In this document: one piece after another, positions 52,250-62,901 of the stretch
Layout: the number at the start of each line of letters is the position of its first letter
Position numbering within the stretch: the stretch's first letter is position 1
From: Rhodosorus marinus CCMP1338
Taxonomy: Eukaryota; Plantae; Rhodophyta
Length of the DNA stretch: 64,000 nucleotides
NCBI GenBank assembly: GCA_029953675.1
Contig: JAMWBK010000004.1
Coordinates: 248,001-312,000, forward strand
Direction of reading: 5' to 3'
The notes under the pieces: generated by a model
What the model was told of the DNA's origin: nothing
Seen by the model: only the letters and a program-made list of their open reading frames with translations
Database searches by the model: none
Translations under genes and position numbers: made by a program

Positions 52250-52536
52250 TCACCCTCTCTCAGGGTATTTGGGCACTGAACACCAACTAGGTTGTCCGGA
52301 CTGATAATCATCGGAAACAATACCGATCATGGTCATTCCGTTCAACTCTTTAGCTGCCCGATTATCCATGCCGGCCCCGTCAGCTTTTGCACTGTTGGCG
52401 GCTGCATTGAAAAATCCTCCCTTACCTTGCTCTGGCAATGCGCTCTCCTGTAAGCATAGATATGAGAAGACTGAGGCTACTCCTGCTCATTTCCATACAC
52501 CACGACAACAGCCAACAGTTCCCAACCAAACCCCAT
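52250..52536 (-). CDS. Small hypothetical protein (77 aa, 2 exons)
   Basis: ATG 52536; GT-AG intron 52500-52448 joins in frame: MGFGWELLAVVV|ESALPEQGKGGFFNAAANS...SWCSVPKYPERG*. Confidence 0.5.
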
Positions 52537-52774
52537 CCAACTAATGACTGAACTCAATCCATATTAAAATGATTGATGAAGATGAGATTTTTTGAGATTT
52601 TTTGAGGGAACGGGACGTGGGACACTCATTGGAGCTGGCGGGGTTGAGGACTCTTTTAAGGGATCGATAGGCAATGACTCATGGGGAGTGAGGAAGCGGA
52701 TGAGCTTGATCATGCGTATGCGTGTTCTGGTTTATCTGGAAGACTGTATCTAGGAATTTTTAATTGAAGTGAAT

Positions 52775-53731
52775 ATGGCGTTCATGGTAGGTTGTAGTGG
52801 ATCTAAGATCAGTAGGCAGCGTTTGGAGGCGAGGTGCGGTGCGGATGGGGATGGAAGGAGGGAGTTCATGAAGGCGGCTGTGGGAGTTTTTGTTGGTGGT
52901 GCGGTTTTTGGACTGGGCCGCGCTCTGGCGGCGAGGCCGGAGGGTGTTAACAGGCCAGATTTACTGCCTCCCACGTTTACCACCGTGATTGTAAGTCGAC
53001 CTTTTCGACTCCTCGGCACTTGAACGTGAACTCTTGTCCTGGCGTTGACGGTTTCGTGCCTCTTATTTTGTTTCTAGGATCTTGAACGGTTTCTTACCTC
53101 AGGTCAACGCTCTAGATTGGAAGAGCAGATAAAACGAGTGGAAGATAAAACGGGTTTTAAAGTTCGAGTTTTAACACAGCGATACCCAGTAAGCTGAGAG
53201 CTGTCTATGCAAAATAAGAACAAGCCAATAGCTTTCCACAGTTCCAAATCAGCTGAGGTTGAAAAATTTCTACCTTTTTCGCCGTTCTAGCAAACCCCAG
53301 GTTTGGCTATCAAGGACTACTGGTCAGTAGATGATAAGTCAGTGGTTCTAGTAGCCGACTTCTTCGGCGGAACGGGAAGCCTCTTGAAGTTCAACGTAGG
53401 TGAAGACGTTTATGCCAAACTGCCTCCAAGGTTCTGGTCTGTTTTGGCTTCAAAGGTATAATTTACGCATCAATTGAATTGAGATAGCAACGCTGCGCTA
53501 ACGATCGGACGGTAAACGACTTGCTGCTCATCTCTCCCTCCTCTAGTACGGAAACCAGTTCTACGTGAGAAAAAACGGGGAAGATCGATCCATCCTCGAC
53601 TCCCTCGACGCGATCAATAGCTGTCTCCTCCAAGGAGGTTGCCAGGTAATACACCGAACCACAGATATCATCTCCACGCATTTTCTCTCGAATCTATAAC
53701 AAATGTATTTCCGCTGCAGGCACCTCCATGA
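52775..53731 (+). CDS. Thylakoid lumenal 15-kDa protein 2-like (TPM domain), multi-exon
   Basis: Bipartite leader MAFMVG...RREFMKAA...ALA|A (Tat RR + AxA); FKVRVLTQRYP|QTPGLAIKDYWSVDD, LLKFNVG, FWSVLASK|YGNQFY...INSCL match the At5g52970-type family. Confidence 0.85.
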
Positions 53732-53800
53732 GGGCACGTCGAAAGCCCCGTATCCCGATAGCGTTCGTTCGCACCTGGAGATCCTCAAAAAGAGCCCAGC

Positions 53801-55019
53801 TCATCGCTTCGAATCGACCACTTCCGACATCCCTTCCAGATCCTTGAAGGACGCTGTGGCTGATCCTCTCCTCAACGGTTGAGGCTGGGAGTCAGCATAC
53901 TTCCAACCAAGCATGTAAATGATCTGAAACGTCGCTATGATGCCTCCATCCTCAGATCCAAACTTCTCCTTGTATATTTCATCAGCACGCTTGAATGCTC
54001 GGTTTCCAAAGTAGGTCCTATCAAACTCCCGTAGATAGTCTCACTTAGTTCCAAGCGGAGCACTGTCCTGTCATCTTCGCTCGGCTTACCTTCGCTTGAT
54101 CAGAGCGTTATTCTCTCCCATTCCTTTCAAATGTCTCATGAGCGAGAAGATGTCTCTGAACTCCACTTGGATGTCTTCTATATCGATTGTTGTTAGAACA
54201 AACCCGCCACGACCAAGCACACTTCCGGCGTCTCGTAGGCGTACGAAGGGGCTTATGTGGTTGCTAAGTCCGCTCCATATTTCCTCTTCAGCAAGCTGCA
54301 TTGAAATTCTAAGCTCGCTTAGAGTGTCACCTGAGGTGACGAGGAAGCGCTCTGCTGTGAGCACTTGTGATTGAGACGTTCTCTTGTGGGTGTGAGTCGC
54401 CAAAAAAAACTCACCGCCAAACATCGATCCAACGAAAAGTCCGTCTGGTCTCAAAATGTTGTTGATCTGAACCATTGAACCTGGGAGATCGTTTACCCAG
54501 TGGAGAGCTAGAGACGAGATTACCAGGTCAAATTCTTCCTTCTTGAAAGGGATCTTTTCCTCGTCGACGACGTCGAAGGCCTTCTGGTGCACACCCTCCT
54601 CGTCGCACCGGCGCTTAGCTGCGTCGATGATAGGGCCAGCTTGATCAACTTGGAGAAGGCTACGAACCTTATCCTTCTGCAGCAGCTTCTTCGCAGCGAT
54701 ACTTACGTGAGCTCGTCCGCATCCGAGATCCAGGGCACGTGTGAAGTTTCGGTTTACGTCCTACAAGAACAACCTCGCATCAGATATCTGTATCTTATTC
54801 TCCGAAGCGCCCACAAGTGAGCTTGCAGCCTACCTCAAGTCTGTCCATAACACGCTCGGCTACCTCATCTCTAAGATAGTCGAACTTGCTTGCTCCGTCT
54901 GCGCTCGCGGAAAGAACTTTATGCCATCTCTTCGCGTCGCGATCGAATACGACCACTGACATTCCACGCCTCGAGGATGCATTTTTCTTTAATCCTCTAA
55001 AAATCAAGCCATACCGCAT
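53801..55019 (-). CDS. NDUFAF5: Complex I assembly factor NDUFAF5 (SAM methyltransferase fold), multi-exon
   Basis: [84 protein letters not shown]. Confidence 0.94.
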
Positions 55020-55380
55020 AGTGAGTAAGGAGAGATCTCAAACCTGTCCGATCCCAAGATGTTCGTTCAGAATCCATCCGCCTTAGCAAGAGCCATTCTC
55101 CGAAGTCGATCTCAATCCTTTTCAGTCAGTCACCGAGAGTTGATTGAAGGCGAATTAGTTTCAGAGGGATCTTGGGAATGGATGGTGTATCTCGGAACGT
55201 GATTGACAGACGTAGTGAGTAAGGGGAGCTCCAACCTGTTGGGTTCCGAGATGTTCGCTCAGAATTCATCCGCCTGAGCAGATTCGTTCCTAGTCTGAGA
55301 TTCAATCCTTTTCACAAACCCGTTGATCACGGATCGACGGTGGTTATTTCAGACGGGTCGGAAAAGGCTGGTGCTTTTGA
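55020..55380. repeat. Diverged tandem duplication, 2 x ~194 bp, upstream of NDUFAF5
   Basis: GTGAGTAAGG.GAG..C.AACCTGT....AGATGTTCG.TCAGAAT.CATCCGCC...TCAATCCTTTTCA at 55021 and 55215. Confidence 0.85.
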
Positions 55381-56104
55381 GAAGCCAGGACGTCATTGAG
55401 AGACTATAGACCAGCAAAATTTGTCTTCGAAAGCCCTGAAAAGACTTTGACAATGATCTCAAAGACGACTCCTGAGCTCGTGGTTGTTCACATCGTGCCG
55501 GCTAAGCATTTTCCAGGGTGAGCAATCGGATATGACTTCATCTAGTATGGACAAACGAGGAACGTTAAAGCCTTCCAGCACCATCGTACATTCCCACAAC
55601 CCAAGCGCTAGGAGTCATTGGCAACAGTGGCATCAAGGCTGAGGACCAGCTCACTACAAATTGGTTCCTAACCCACTCAATCGCTTCGATTGCCCCTTCA
55701 TTGCTTGGAAAGGTATCATGAGAACTCTCACAATCATCTAAACAGCCACCAGAAGAGGCAAGGAGACGTTAGTCAAGGACTACTACCCCACCCAGGCTCG
55801 AAGCTATAAGGACGCGGGTTCGAAGACCCATGGACAAAGACGATAGAGATCCGAGCTCACTTACAAAGACGAGGTCTTCCGATAAGATCTTCGTAGAAAG
55901 GGCCGCGAATACCGTCGACAAGGATGAACCGATCTCCGCGATAAGTTGGAGCCCACCGCTCTAGGATAAGAAAACTTGTTGAGGAGGTTTGCGCTTGCCT
56001 CCTCGGGGGAGCTGATAGAGGAAACTCTTTTCCTTCTTGACCGAACAATGTGCACTTCTGCTCTTGATAATCGCGGAGTTGGATTCGTTTGCGGGGGTTG
56101 GAGG

Positions 56105-57756
56105 ATGGTGGAGGGACACCAAGTGCATCGCGTGGCGATTTCGCACCGAAAGCGGCTTCTGAACAGCGTGGTAGGGGCGAGCTCGCCCAACGGAAAGTTC
56201 GCGGACGGTGCGTCGGCGATCAGCGGGAAGACGCTGGCTAGAATCGAAGCGCACGGAAAGAACCTGTTCTATTTCTTCGGAAACGATGAGAAACCTCGCT
56301 CCGACTTGGTCGTGGTTCACATCCACTTCGGGATGTCCGGCAGGTTCACCCTCTTCAATGCCCCTGGTCCTGAGCCGGGGGCCAACGTCAGACTTAAACT
56401 TACCAGCAGCAATACGGAAGCGTACCTGAGCTCAATGATCTGCCAGCATGGAGGTCTCGAGCTGTACGACGAGAAAGTGAACAAGTTGGGTGAAGATCCG
56501 CTTCGAGAAGACGCTATGAGCGAGCGATTCTGGGAGAAAATTCAGTCCTCGAAGAAGTCTATTGGGCTGATGCTCATGGACCAGACTGCAATCGCAGGCG
56601 TAGGGAACATTTACCGCGCCGAAATTCTCTTTCGCGCCGGAATACATCCAGAACAGCCTTCACACACTCTCTCGCGTGAACAGTTTGAACGCGTTTGGCG
56701 TGAGAGCGTGCTGCTCCTTCAACGAGGAGTGAAGACGGGGTCTATACTAACCGTCGACCCAGCAGAAAACTTACCAGAGCCCTGGAAACGACGCTACATA
56801 TACAACCATAGCGAATGTCCACGCTGTCATGGCGTTGTAAGTCGTGTTTGTTTCGCCTTTTTTCTACTAGAACACGTTCTAACCTCTTCGGGCTTCCCGT
56901 TTCTTGTCCTTAGATACGTTCCTGGGAGATCTCAAAGCGACGAGCATACGCTTGTGAAACGTGCCAACCTCTAGACCCTCACGTGGTCAACTCAGACCGC
57001 AAAATTGCCCTACGGAAGAGCTCCAAGCACGAGAGCTTCAATAGCCACTGTGCACCGGAGCCGGGAGCTGCGAAGACGGTCGCTGAACTTCGTCAAGCTC
57101 TGAAATCTGCCGGCTTGGCGATGTCCGGGAGCAAGACTCAGCTTGTGGAGCGACTCAAAGCCACTGAAGGCAAGGAGGAAGTTTGGCTGATCGATTCCGA
57201 GGCTAATAACGATGAAACCGAGACTTTCGGTGACACTAGGAGAACGACAGTCGCGCAGCTCAGAGCAGCGTTGCGTGAGAGAGGACTTCAAATCCAAGGC
57301 ACTCGGTCTGATCTCCTAGCAAGGCTCGAGCAGAATACTGTGGTGATCAAGAGGGATGCAGTGCCAGAGGAGAGTGTCGTTTCCAGGACTGATCGCTCAA
57401 CGCAAGCTGATGAGTTCGTCGACCTGGAAGGCAAGAAGGTCTCGGAGCTGAGAGATCAGCTGGCTTCTCTTGATCAACCGACGACCGGGAAGAAAGCCGA
57501 GCTTGTTGCACGCCTTAAGGCATATCTCGGACATCCCGCAGAAGAGGCTGAAGAATCAATAGAGGTACGCCCAGGAACAGCGCACCTAGGGGAGATTCGT
57601 GACACGTGGGATGCCGCCATGGATAAGAAACGAGCCGGCGAATCGGCAGCCGTCGAACACGTCGGGATGATTGATATGGGTGCGGAAGTCAAGGACACAT
57701 CGCAACAAAAAATCCCGTTCAGAAAGAGGAAGCGGAGATCGACTCGCAGCAAGTGA
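56105..57756 (+). CDS. Fpg/Nei-family DNA glycosylase (MVEG start, H2TH, Zn finger) fused to three SAP domains and an NLS; 1 intron 56837-56913
   Basis: MVEGHQVHRVA, HGKNLF, IHFGMSG, LMDQTAIAGVGNIYRAEILFRAGIHP; splicing restores CPRCHGV|IRSWEISKRRAYACETCQP; three SAP motifs follow; FRKRKRR at the C-terminus. Confidence 0.9.
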
Positions 57757-57968
57757 TCGAGAACATCGGTGCAACTTTTAATCGTTCTCCAGTTTGTTTA
57801 TAGTGCTTACAAGTTAGTTATCCTAGTTAATATGCGTACTAAGAATAGTGTACAATAGTTTTAGAGAATGGTTCGCGATGTACGAGGCGACCTCCGCAAC
57901 GAGGAGGCCTGGATGAATCAAGCGCAAGCACGGTTTTCGCTACGTCTGACTTAATCGGAAACCGAATT

Positions 57969-59723
57969 TCATGCTGTCCTCGACAAAGTCGGCCGTCTCT
58001 GGTCGGATTCAGTGGCTTGCTTCTTCCGGGCGAATGGATTGCGCAAACCTCCCGGTCGCTTCACAGGATCTGCCTTCTGGCTGGGGTCCTCTTTCTTAAC
58101 CACAGGAGTATAGTTCGGTACTATCTGCCGAGACGCTATAGGCGAACCGGCGACGCGCTTATGGTCCAGGCTTGGAGGAGTCATTGACATCTGCGAGTCG
58201 CCTGATAACGGGGAATCCGTGCTGTGCGTACTAGGCAGATCATAGGATTCCTCGCCTGTCCACTTGCTCCTCGCATCCGACCCAAACGGATTAAGCGTTC
58301 CGTCAAATGCTTCAAAGTCGTTTTCAAAAACCCGCGTGAGCTTAGGCCGACCTCCACCTCGTTTCCTTCCGAAAAGACCTTTGCCGGACGTTTTCGCAGC
58401 GGTTCCTCCAACGGCGTCCTCTTTGGAAGGAGATTCTGTTGTTTCCCGTGAAGGGGAGTATCCTTGAGAGACTACCGTCGACGAGGAAACCGGGTCAATA
58501 ACAGGATCTGTTGGGTTAGTGCCTTTCACCAGCGTGGACGGGGCCATGACATCCTTCGATGGGCTCGGATTGTCGTGTTTCAGGGATGTTCGCACGGCCG
58601 TTGGTGTAGCTCCGCGCTTCCAAGGGTCTCCGCGTCTGTAGACTGGTAACACGTCCACCCGAGGAGGTTCCTTCGTAGTCAGGCTTCCTTGGTTCCCAGC
58701 TGAAGCAGGTGTGGGCTGGACCTGAGCACCGGCCGTGTTCTGCGCTCTGTCCGTAGGCCCTCCGTCTGGCAACCTCGTTATTTCGCTGAAAGTTTCTTCG
58801 TCCAAGGGGTTTCTCTTAGGAACAACAGGCATATGGCCGCCAACCGTGACTCCGGAAGTTCCGTATTCTTCGGAGGGTAGCATGACTCTCGGAGCCACGT
58901 GCCTCGCCCTCTGGCTTTTCGAAGCAGGTCCCTCCGAATTGGAATCGCTGTTGACAGTTCTATTCGGAGCTGCGTGGGCTGGAATGTACGTTGCAGATTG
59001 TTTCAATGCGACTAGACCACTCGGCTCCCTGTCCTCGGCGCTTTTTATTCCCTTTGAGGCTTCCTTGATTTGATCAGCTACGGCGTCATAGTCATCTACA
59101 GAAGCGACTAATGCCCGCGCGAGTGACTCCAAGCTAATGTCCCTGCTTTGAAGGGATCCCGCTGACAGTTCAGCGACTATGGGCTCAACGAGTTCTGCAG
59201 CGTCCAGAGACCATCCGCATACACGGAGCGTTGACGGATGGGCCTGAAGTACACGTGGGGTGGTGATCCCCGGAATTGGCACATCAAAATACGAGAACCG
59301 CGCCGTAGAAATTCTACTGTTTAACCCGCCAAAGTCCCATGGACCGGTTCTCCCAGCACCCACAGCCCCGCGTCTCTGCTTCTGTCCAAAGAACGCCTCA
59401 AAATCAATCCCTTCGCTGGGCGGCTGGGGTCCATTTCCAGTCTCTGGATCCGGATCTGGTTTCCAACTATCCTCATTGTACTGTTCCAGACCCTCGCCTC
59501 TCTTACCGCCGAAATAACTATTGGCGGCCCTCTCAACGCGTAAAGACTCGACCGTGCCGCTCACCCCCTTCCGCACCCGACAACGAAACTCGCTCTTCAC
59601 CCGCTGAGCCACCGTCGTGTACTCCTTCGCGTACGGGTCATACCTCTCCGAAAACGGTGAAGGCTTCAACTCAAGCCCATCAAACCGGCGACGAGGTCGC
59701 GACTCCTTCACCTTCCTCAACAT
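57969..59723 (-). CDS. Hypothetical 584-aa Ser/Pro/Thr-rich protein
   Basis: Long stop-free ORF between AT-rich flanks; no domain recognised; upstream exon possible. Confidence 0.7.
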   Translation of the reverse strand: MLRKVKESRPRRRFDGLELKPSPFSERYDPYAKEYTTVAQRVKSEFRCRVRKGVSGTVESLRVERAANSYFGGKRGEGLEQYNEDSWKPDPDPETGNGPQPPSEGIDFEAFFGQKQRRGAVGAGRTGPWDFGGLNSRISTARFSYFDVPIPGITTPRVLQAHPSTLRVCGWSLDAAELVEPIVAELSAGSLQSRDISLESLARALVASVDDYDAVADQIKEASKGIKSAEDREPSGLVALKQSATYIPAHAAPNRTVNSDSNSEGPASKSQRARHVAPRVMLPSEEYGTSGVTVGGHMPVVPKRNPLDEETFSEITRLPDGGPTDRAQNTAGAQVQPTPASAGNQGSLTTKEPPRVDVLPVYRRGDPWKRGATPTAVRTSLKHDNPSPSKDVMAPSTLVKGTNPTDPVIDPVSSSTVVSQGYSPSRETTESPSKEDAVGGTAAKTSGKGLFGRKRGGGRPKLTRVFENDFEAFDGTLNPFGSDARSKWTGEESYDLPSTHSTDSPLSGDSQMSMTPPSLDHKRVAGSPIASRQIVPNYTPVVKKEDPSQKADPVKRPGGLRNPFARKKQATESDQRRPTLSRTA

Positions 59724-61291
59724 CTCATCTCATCCTATCTCATCTTTTCTCATTCAAATATCATACCCTCCCCACCCCCACTCCCCCCCGCCCCGCCCCC
59801 ACCAAAAAAAAAACATATACCCTTACCCACCTCCCCATCCCTCTCCATCTCTTCTCATCTCTCTCCATATCTCTCCAGTTATCTACCACAACACAACATC
59901 TCTCCGACACACCCTAACCTAACCCCACCCTCCCAACACCAATACCAATTCAATCACCTCCACTACAAAAAAGGTGAAGCCTTTATATATTCCTGACTTT
60001 GCCCAACCTGCTAGAGAAATTTCACGAAACCCCATATCATCGGCTGCTGTTGTTTCACATCCGGAGTGTCCAAATTTTTTTTTTAATTCACCTCCATACC
60101 AGATCAAATCGCTCGTATCTTGAGAACTAATCTTAAAATTACATTTAATAAAAAAAGTTTGTGGTGGTGGTGGTGGGTAGGTTGTGTGGGGGTGGGAGGG
60201 GGAGGGGAGGGGGATGGATTTTAACATCTTCAGGTGGGTGGGTGTCCTAGGACATGGAAAGGAGTTCGGATTCTGTTTGATGGGCCCAGTCTTATGGTTT
60301 GATGTGCGGAGGAGGATTGATCAAAAGCTGGACAGAATCCCCCCGGGCGAAGCGAATCCCCCACCAGCCGGTTTTTTTTTTTTTTACGTGGTTATATAAG
60401 TCGTGAACTAGCGGAACTCTTTAGAGTTATTAAGTGCAACCTAAGAGTTGCCGAGAGAGAGGACGGGTGAAGAACGTGGTGCGTGTTTTGCATGGACAGG
60501 AGAGAGTGTTTAAAGACACTCCGGCGCGACTGAGGATTGACACCTGAAGGTTGTTTTGCACAGAATAGGGTGGACTACCTTTGGCATCTGTCCTAAGCAA
60601 GACGTTGACTACATTTTTAGACGTGCCAACCACATTGAGCGTGTGTAAACACTCGTAACAAACGAAAGCGGAAAGGATGGAGGGACCCTTTCTTGACTCC
60701 CATGGAACCTCAAAATACGAGTGGAATGAGCTTGTATTTTCTGAAAGCTCTGTGGACCTGCCACCAAACCAGCCTCTCCGCCTAAAAAAAGCTGCATCAC
60801 CGCCATCTACCTTGTCCTCACTTTTTAAGTTGGTGGTAATTCTATCATTAGTATTTACAATTCAAAGAACAATTGCCTCTCGCGAGAGCGAAGAGGAGTT
60901 TTCCATCGATGTATGAAAGCTGACAATCAACTCTCCCTCCTCGAATAGTTAAAACAATTTACTCTATTTTGATAACTGATAATAATTTTCACGAAGCTTG
61001 GAGAACTTCCAGAATTTGTGGTAAAACTTTTCGACGAAAGCCAACTCAGCAAGTGATTCGAAAGATGGAAACAATTTTACTAAATTTAAGAAAAGAGCGT
61101 TCCCGTCAATATAGTAATTAGATTTCAAGAATGTTCCGGTTTATGTAAATTGGATTTTTTAAGGGGGTTTTCCGTTAATCGAGATGAGGACGTCCCACGT
61201 GGTTTAGGACATCGTGCTCGAATAAATAGATCTGGTCTTGCCCTATTTTGGACTTTGTTTGATCCAGTTTTGGTTATATTGTCGCTGGTTG

Positions 61292-62045
61292 TGTTGGACG
61301 GTGATGATATTACGCCCTTGACATAGTTGGAAGGACCGGCAAGATAGCGTGACTAGGATAGTATATCCAGTGGATAGAACAGTAAAAGAAGGGACCGAAG
61401 TTTGGAGAAATACGACGGAGGTCAATGAAATCTGACATGGTCTCATCGCTTGGTGCGATTTAGAGAAAGGAGAGTCTGTAGTGTGAGAGAAGTGACGGGA
61501 AGGTGAAATGGTTGTTGGGACGAGGGGGAGTGCCTCGGACGCAGACGGCCGCCTGAAGGACTTCAAGCTACCCTCAGCGTTTAGAGGGGAGAAGCAGTCG
61601 TACCTGTCCTTCAGGCACTGGCGCTTCCGGGTAGAGGCTTTCCTCGATTTGAAAGATCTCAGGGAGGTACTGGACAATCCAGGAGAGGCCAGTGACGCCG
61701 AGAGACGATATGTCTCGGCAGGATTCTCGCGGGTGCTGGGGGGACCAGCACTAGATATAGCGCTATCCTCGTCGAAGGAGGGAGCCCCCCACGAGGTGTG
61801 GGCAGCGCTACGCGAGAGATACGACCCCTCCAGCCATGAGACGGCTGACGCGATTATACAGACGAGAGATACACGCGACAGAATCACCTCGATCGAGTCC
61901 GCATTCTCCGAAATTCGTGAAATCACCAGGGTACCACCCTCTGACGAGGAAAAAACGGCGGGTACTCCGGAAGGTACTTGAAGAGAAAAGAGGAATATTG
62001 CGAATTCCTGTACTATTCGTACAAGGATAGGAGCATCTCCTGGAA
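61292..62045 (+). mobile_element. Ty1/copia-type LTR retrotransposon 5' fragment: LTR 61292-61437, PBS from 61438, gag from 61508
   Basis: TGTTGGA...TCTGACA followed directly by TGG; ORF YLSFRHWRFRVEAFLDLKDLREVL...HEVWAALRERYDP...SDEEK is the copia gag (UBN2-like) pattern. Confidence 0.75.
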
Positions 62046-62901
62046 GAGGCTTCTCGGACCTGACACTTCTGGATTGCCTGGTTTTGTACAATGTTTCCAG
62101 GTCCCTGCAAAGGCTGTTCCAGGAGATGTTCCTATCCTTGTACGAATAGTACAGGAATTCGCAATATTCCTCTTCCAGGACCTTCCGGAGTACCCGCCGT
62201 TTTTCCTCGTCAGAGGGTGGTACCCCGGTGATTTCACGAATTTCGGAGAATTCGGACTCGAGCCAGTTGATTAGGGCTCGAGGTGATTCTGTCGCGTGTA
62301 TCTTTCGTCTCTATAATCGCGCCCAGATGATGATGATGATGATCCGTTTATTCAGAGGCTAACTACCCTGAGAAGCGAGAGACAAGACGCTGATGACTCG
62401 CGTCTACAAAAAAAGCAGCATTTGAGCTCCACAGGGTCAAAGAAAGCTCCGTGAGCAGACTATCTAGACGCCCTGGGTCGTTGCGAAAGCACCTCACAGC
62501 CAGCGAGCCCAGATACTGTCAGCCGTCTCATGGCTGGGGGGGGTCGTATCTCTCGCGTAGCGCCGCCCACACCTCGTGGGGGCCTCCCTCCTTCGACGAG
62601 GATAGCGCTATATCTAGTGCTGGTCTCCCCAGCACCCGCGAGAATCCTGCCGAGACATATCGTCTCTCGGCGTCACTGGCCTCTCCTGGATTGTCCAGTA
62701 CCTCCCTGAGATCTTTCAAATCGAGGAAAAGCCTCTACCTGGAAGCGCCAGTGCCTGAAGGACAGGTACGACTACTTCTCCCCTCTAAACGCTGAGGGTA
62801 GCTTGAAGTCCTTCAGACGCCGTCTGCGTCCGAGGCACTCCCCCTCGTCCCAACAACCATCTCACCTTCCCGTCACTTCTCTACACTACAGACCTTTCTC
62901 T
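62046..62901 (-). mobile_element. Inverted, degraded second copy of the copia leader/gag (right arm of fold-back)
   Basis: 62117-62901 is the reverse complement of 61462-62045 with small indels; the spacer 62046-62116 continues gag on the minus strand (…WNSLCRDLETLYKTRQSRS). Confidence 0.9.
62329..62506 (-). mobile_element. 5'-truncated non-LTR retrotransposon nested in the gag arm; (ATC)n tail, GCCCAGAT TSD
   Basis: GCCCAGAT at 62321-62328 and 62507-62514; minus strand is open for 47 codons ending LTELSLTLWSSNAAFF...RFSG*, then AATAAA and (ATC)5-6. Confidence 0.8.

Noticed and set aside
55440-55900. Retropepsin-like fragment (VVVHIVP...AIGYDF)
   Set aside because: Interrupted by stops and lacks D-T/S-G; too weak to call.
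60677-60916. 79-aa ORF with a hydrophobic stretch
   Set aside because: No homology recognised and no independent support.
61243-62091. 282-aa minus-strand ORF
   Set aside because: Antisense shadow of the copia gag and fold-back, not an independent gene.
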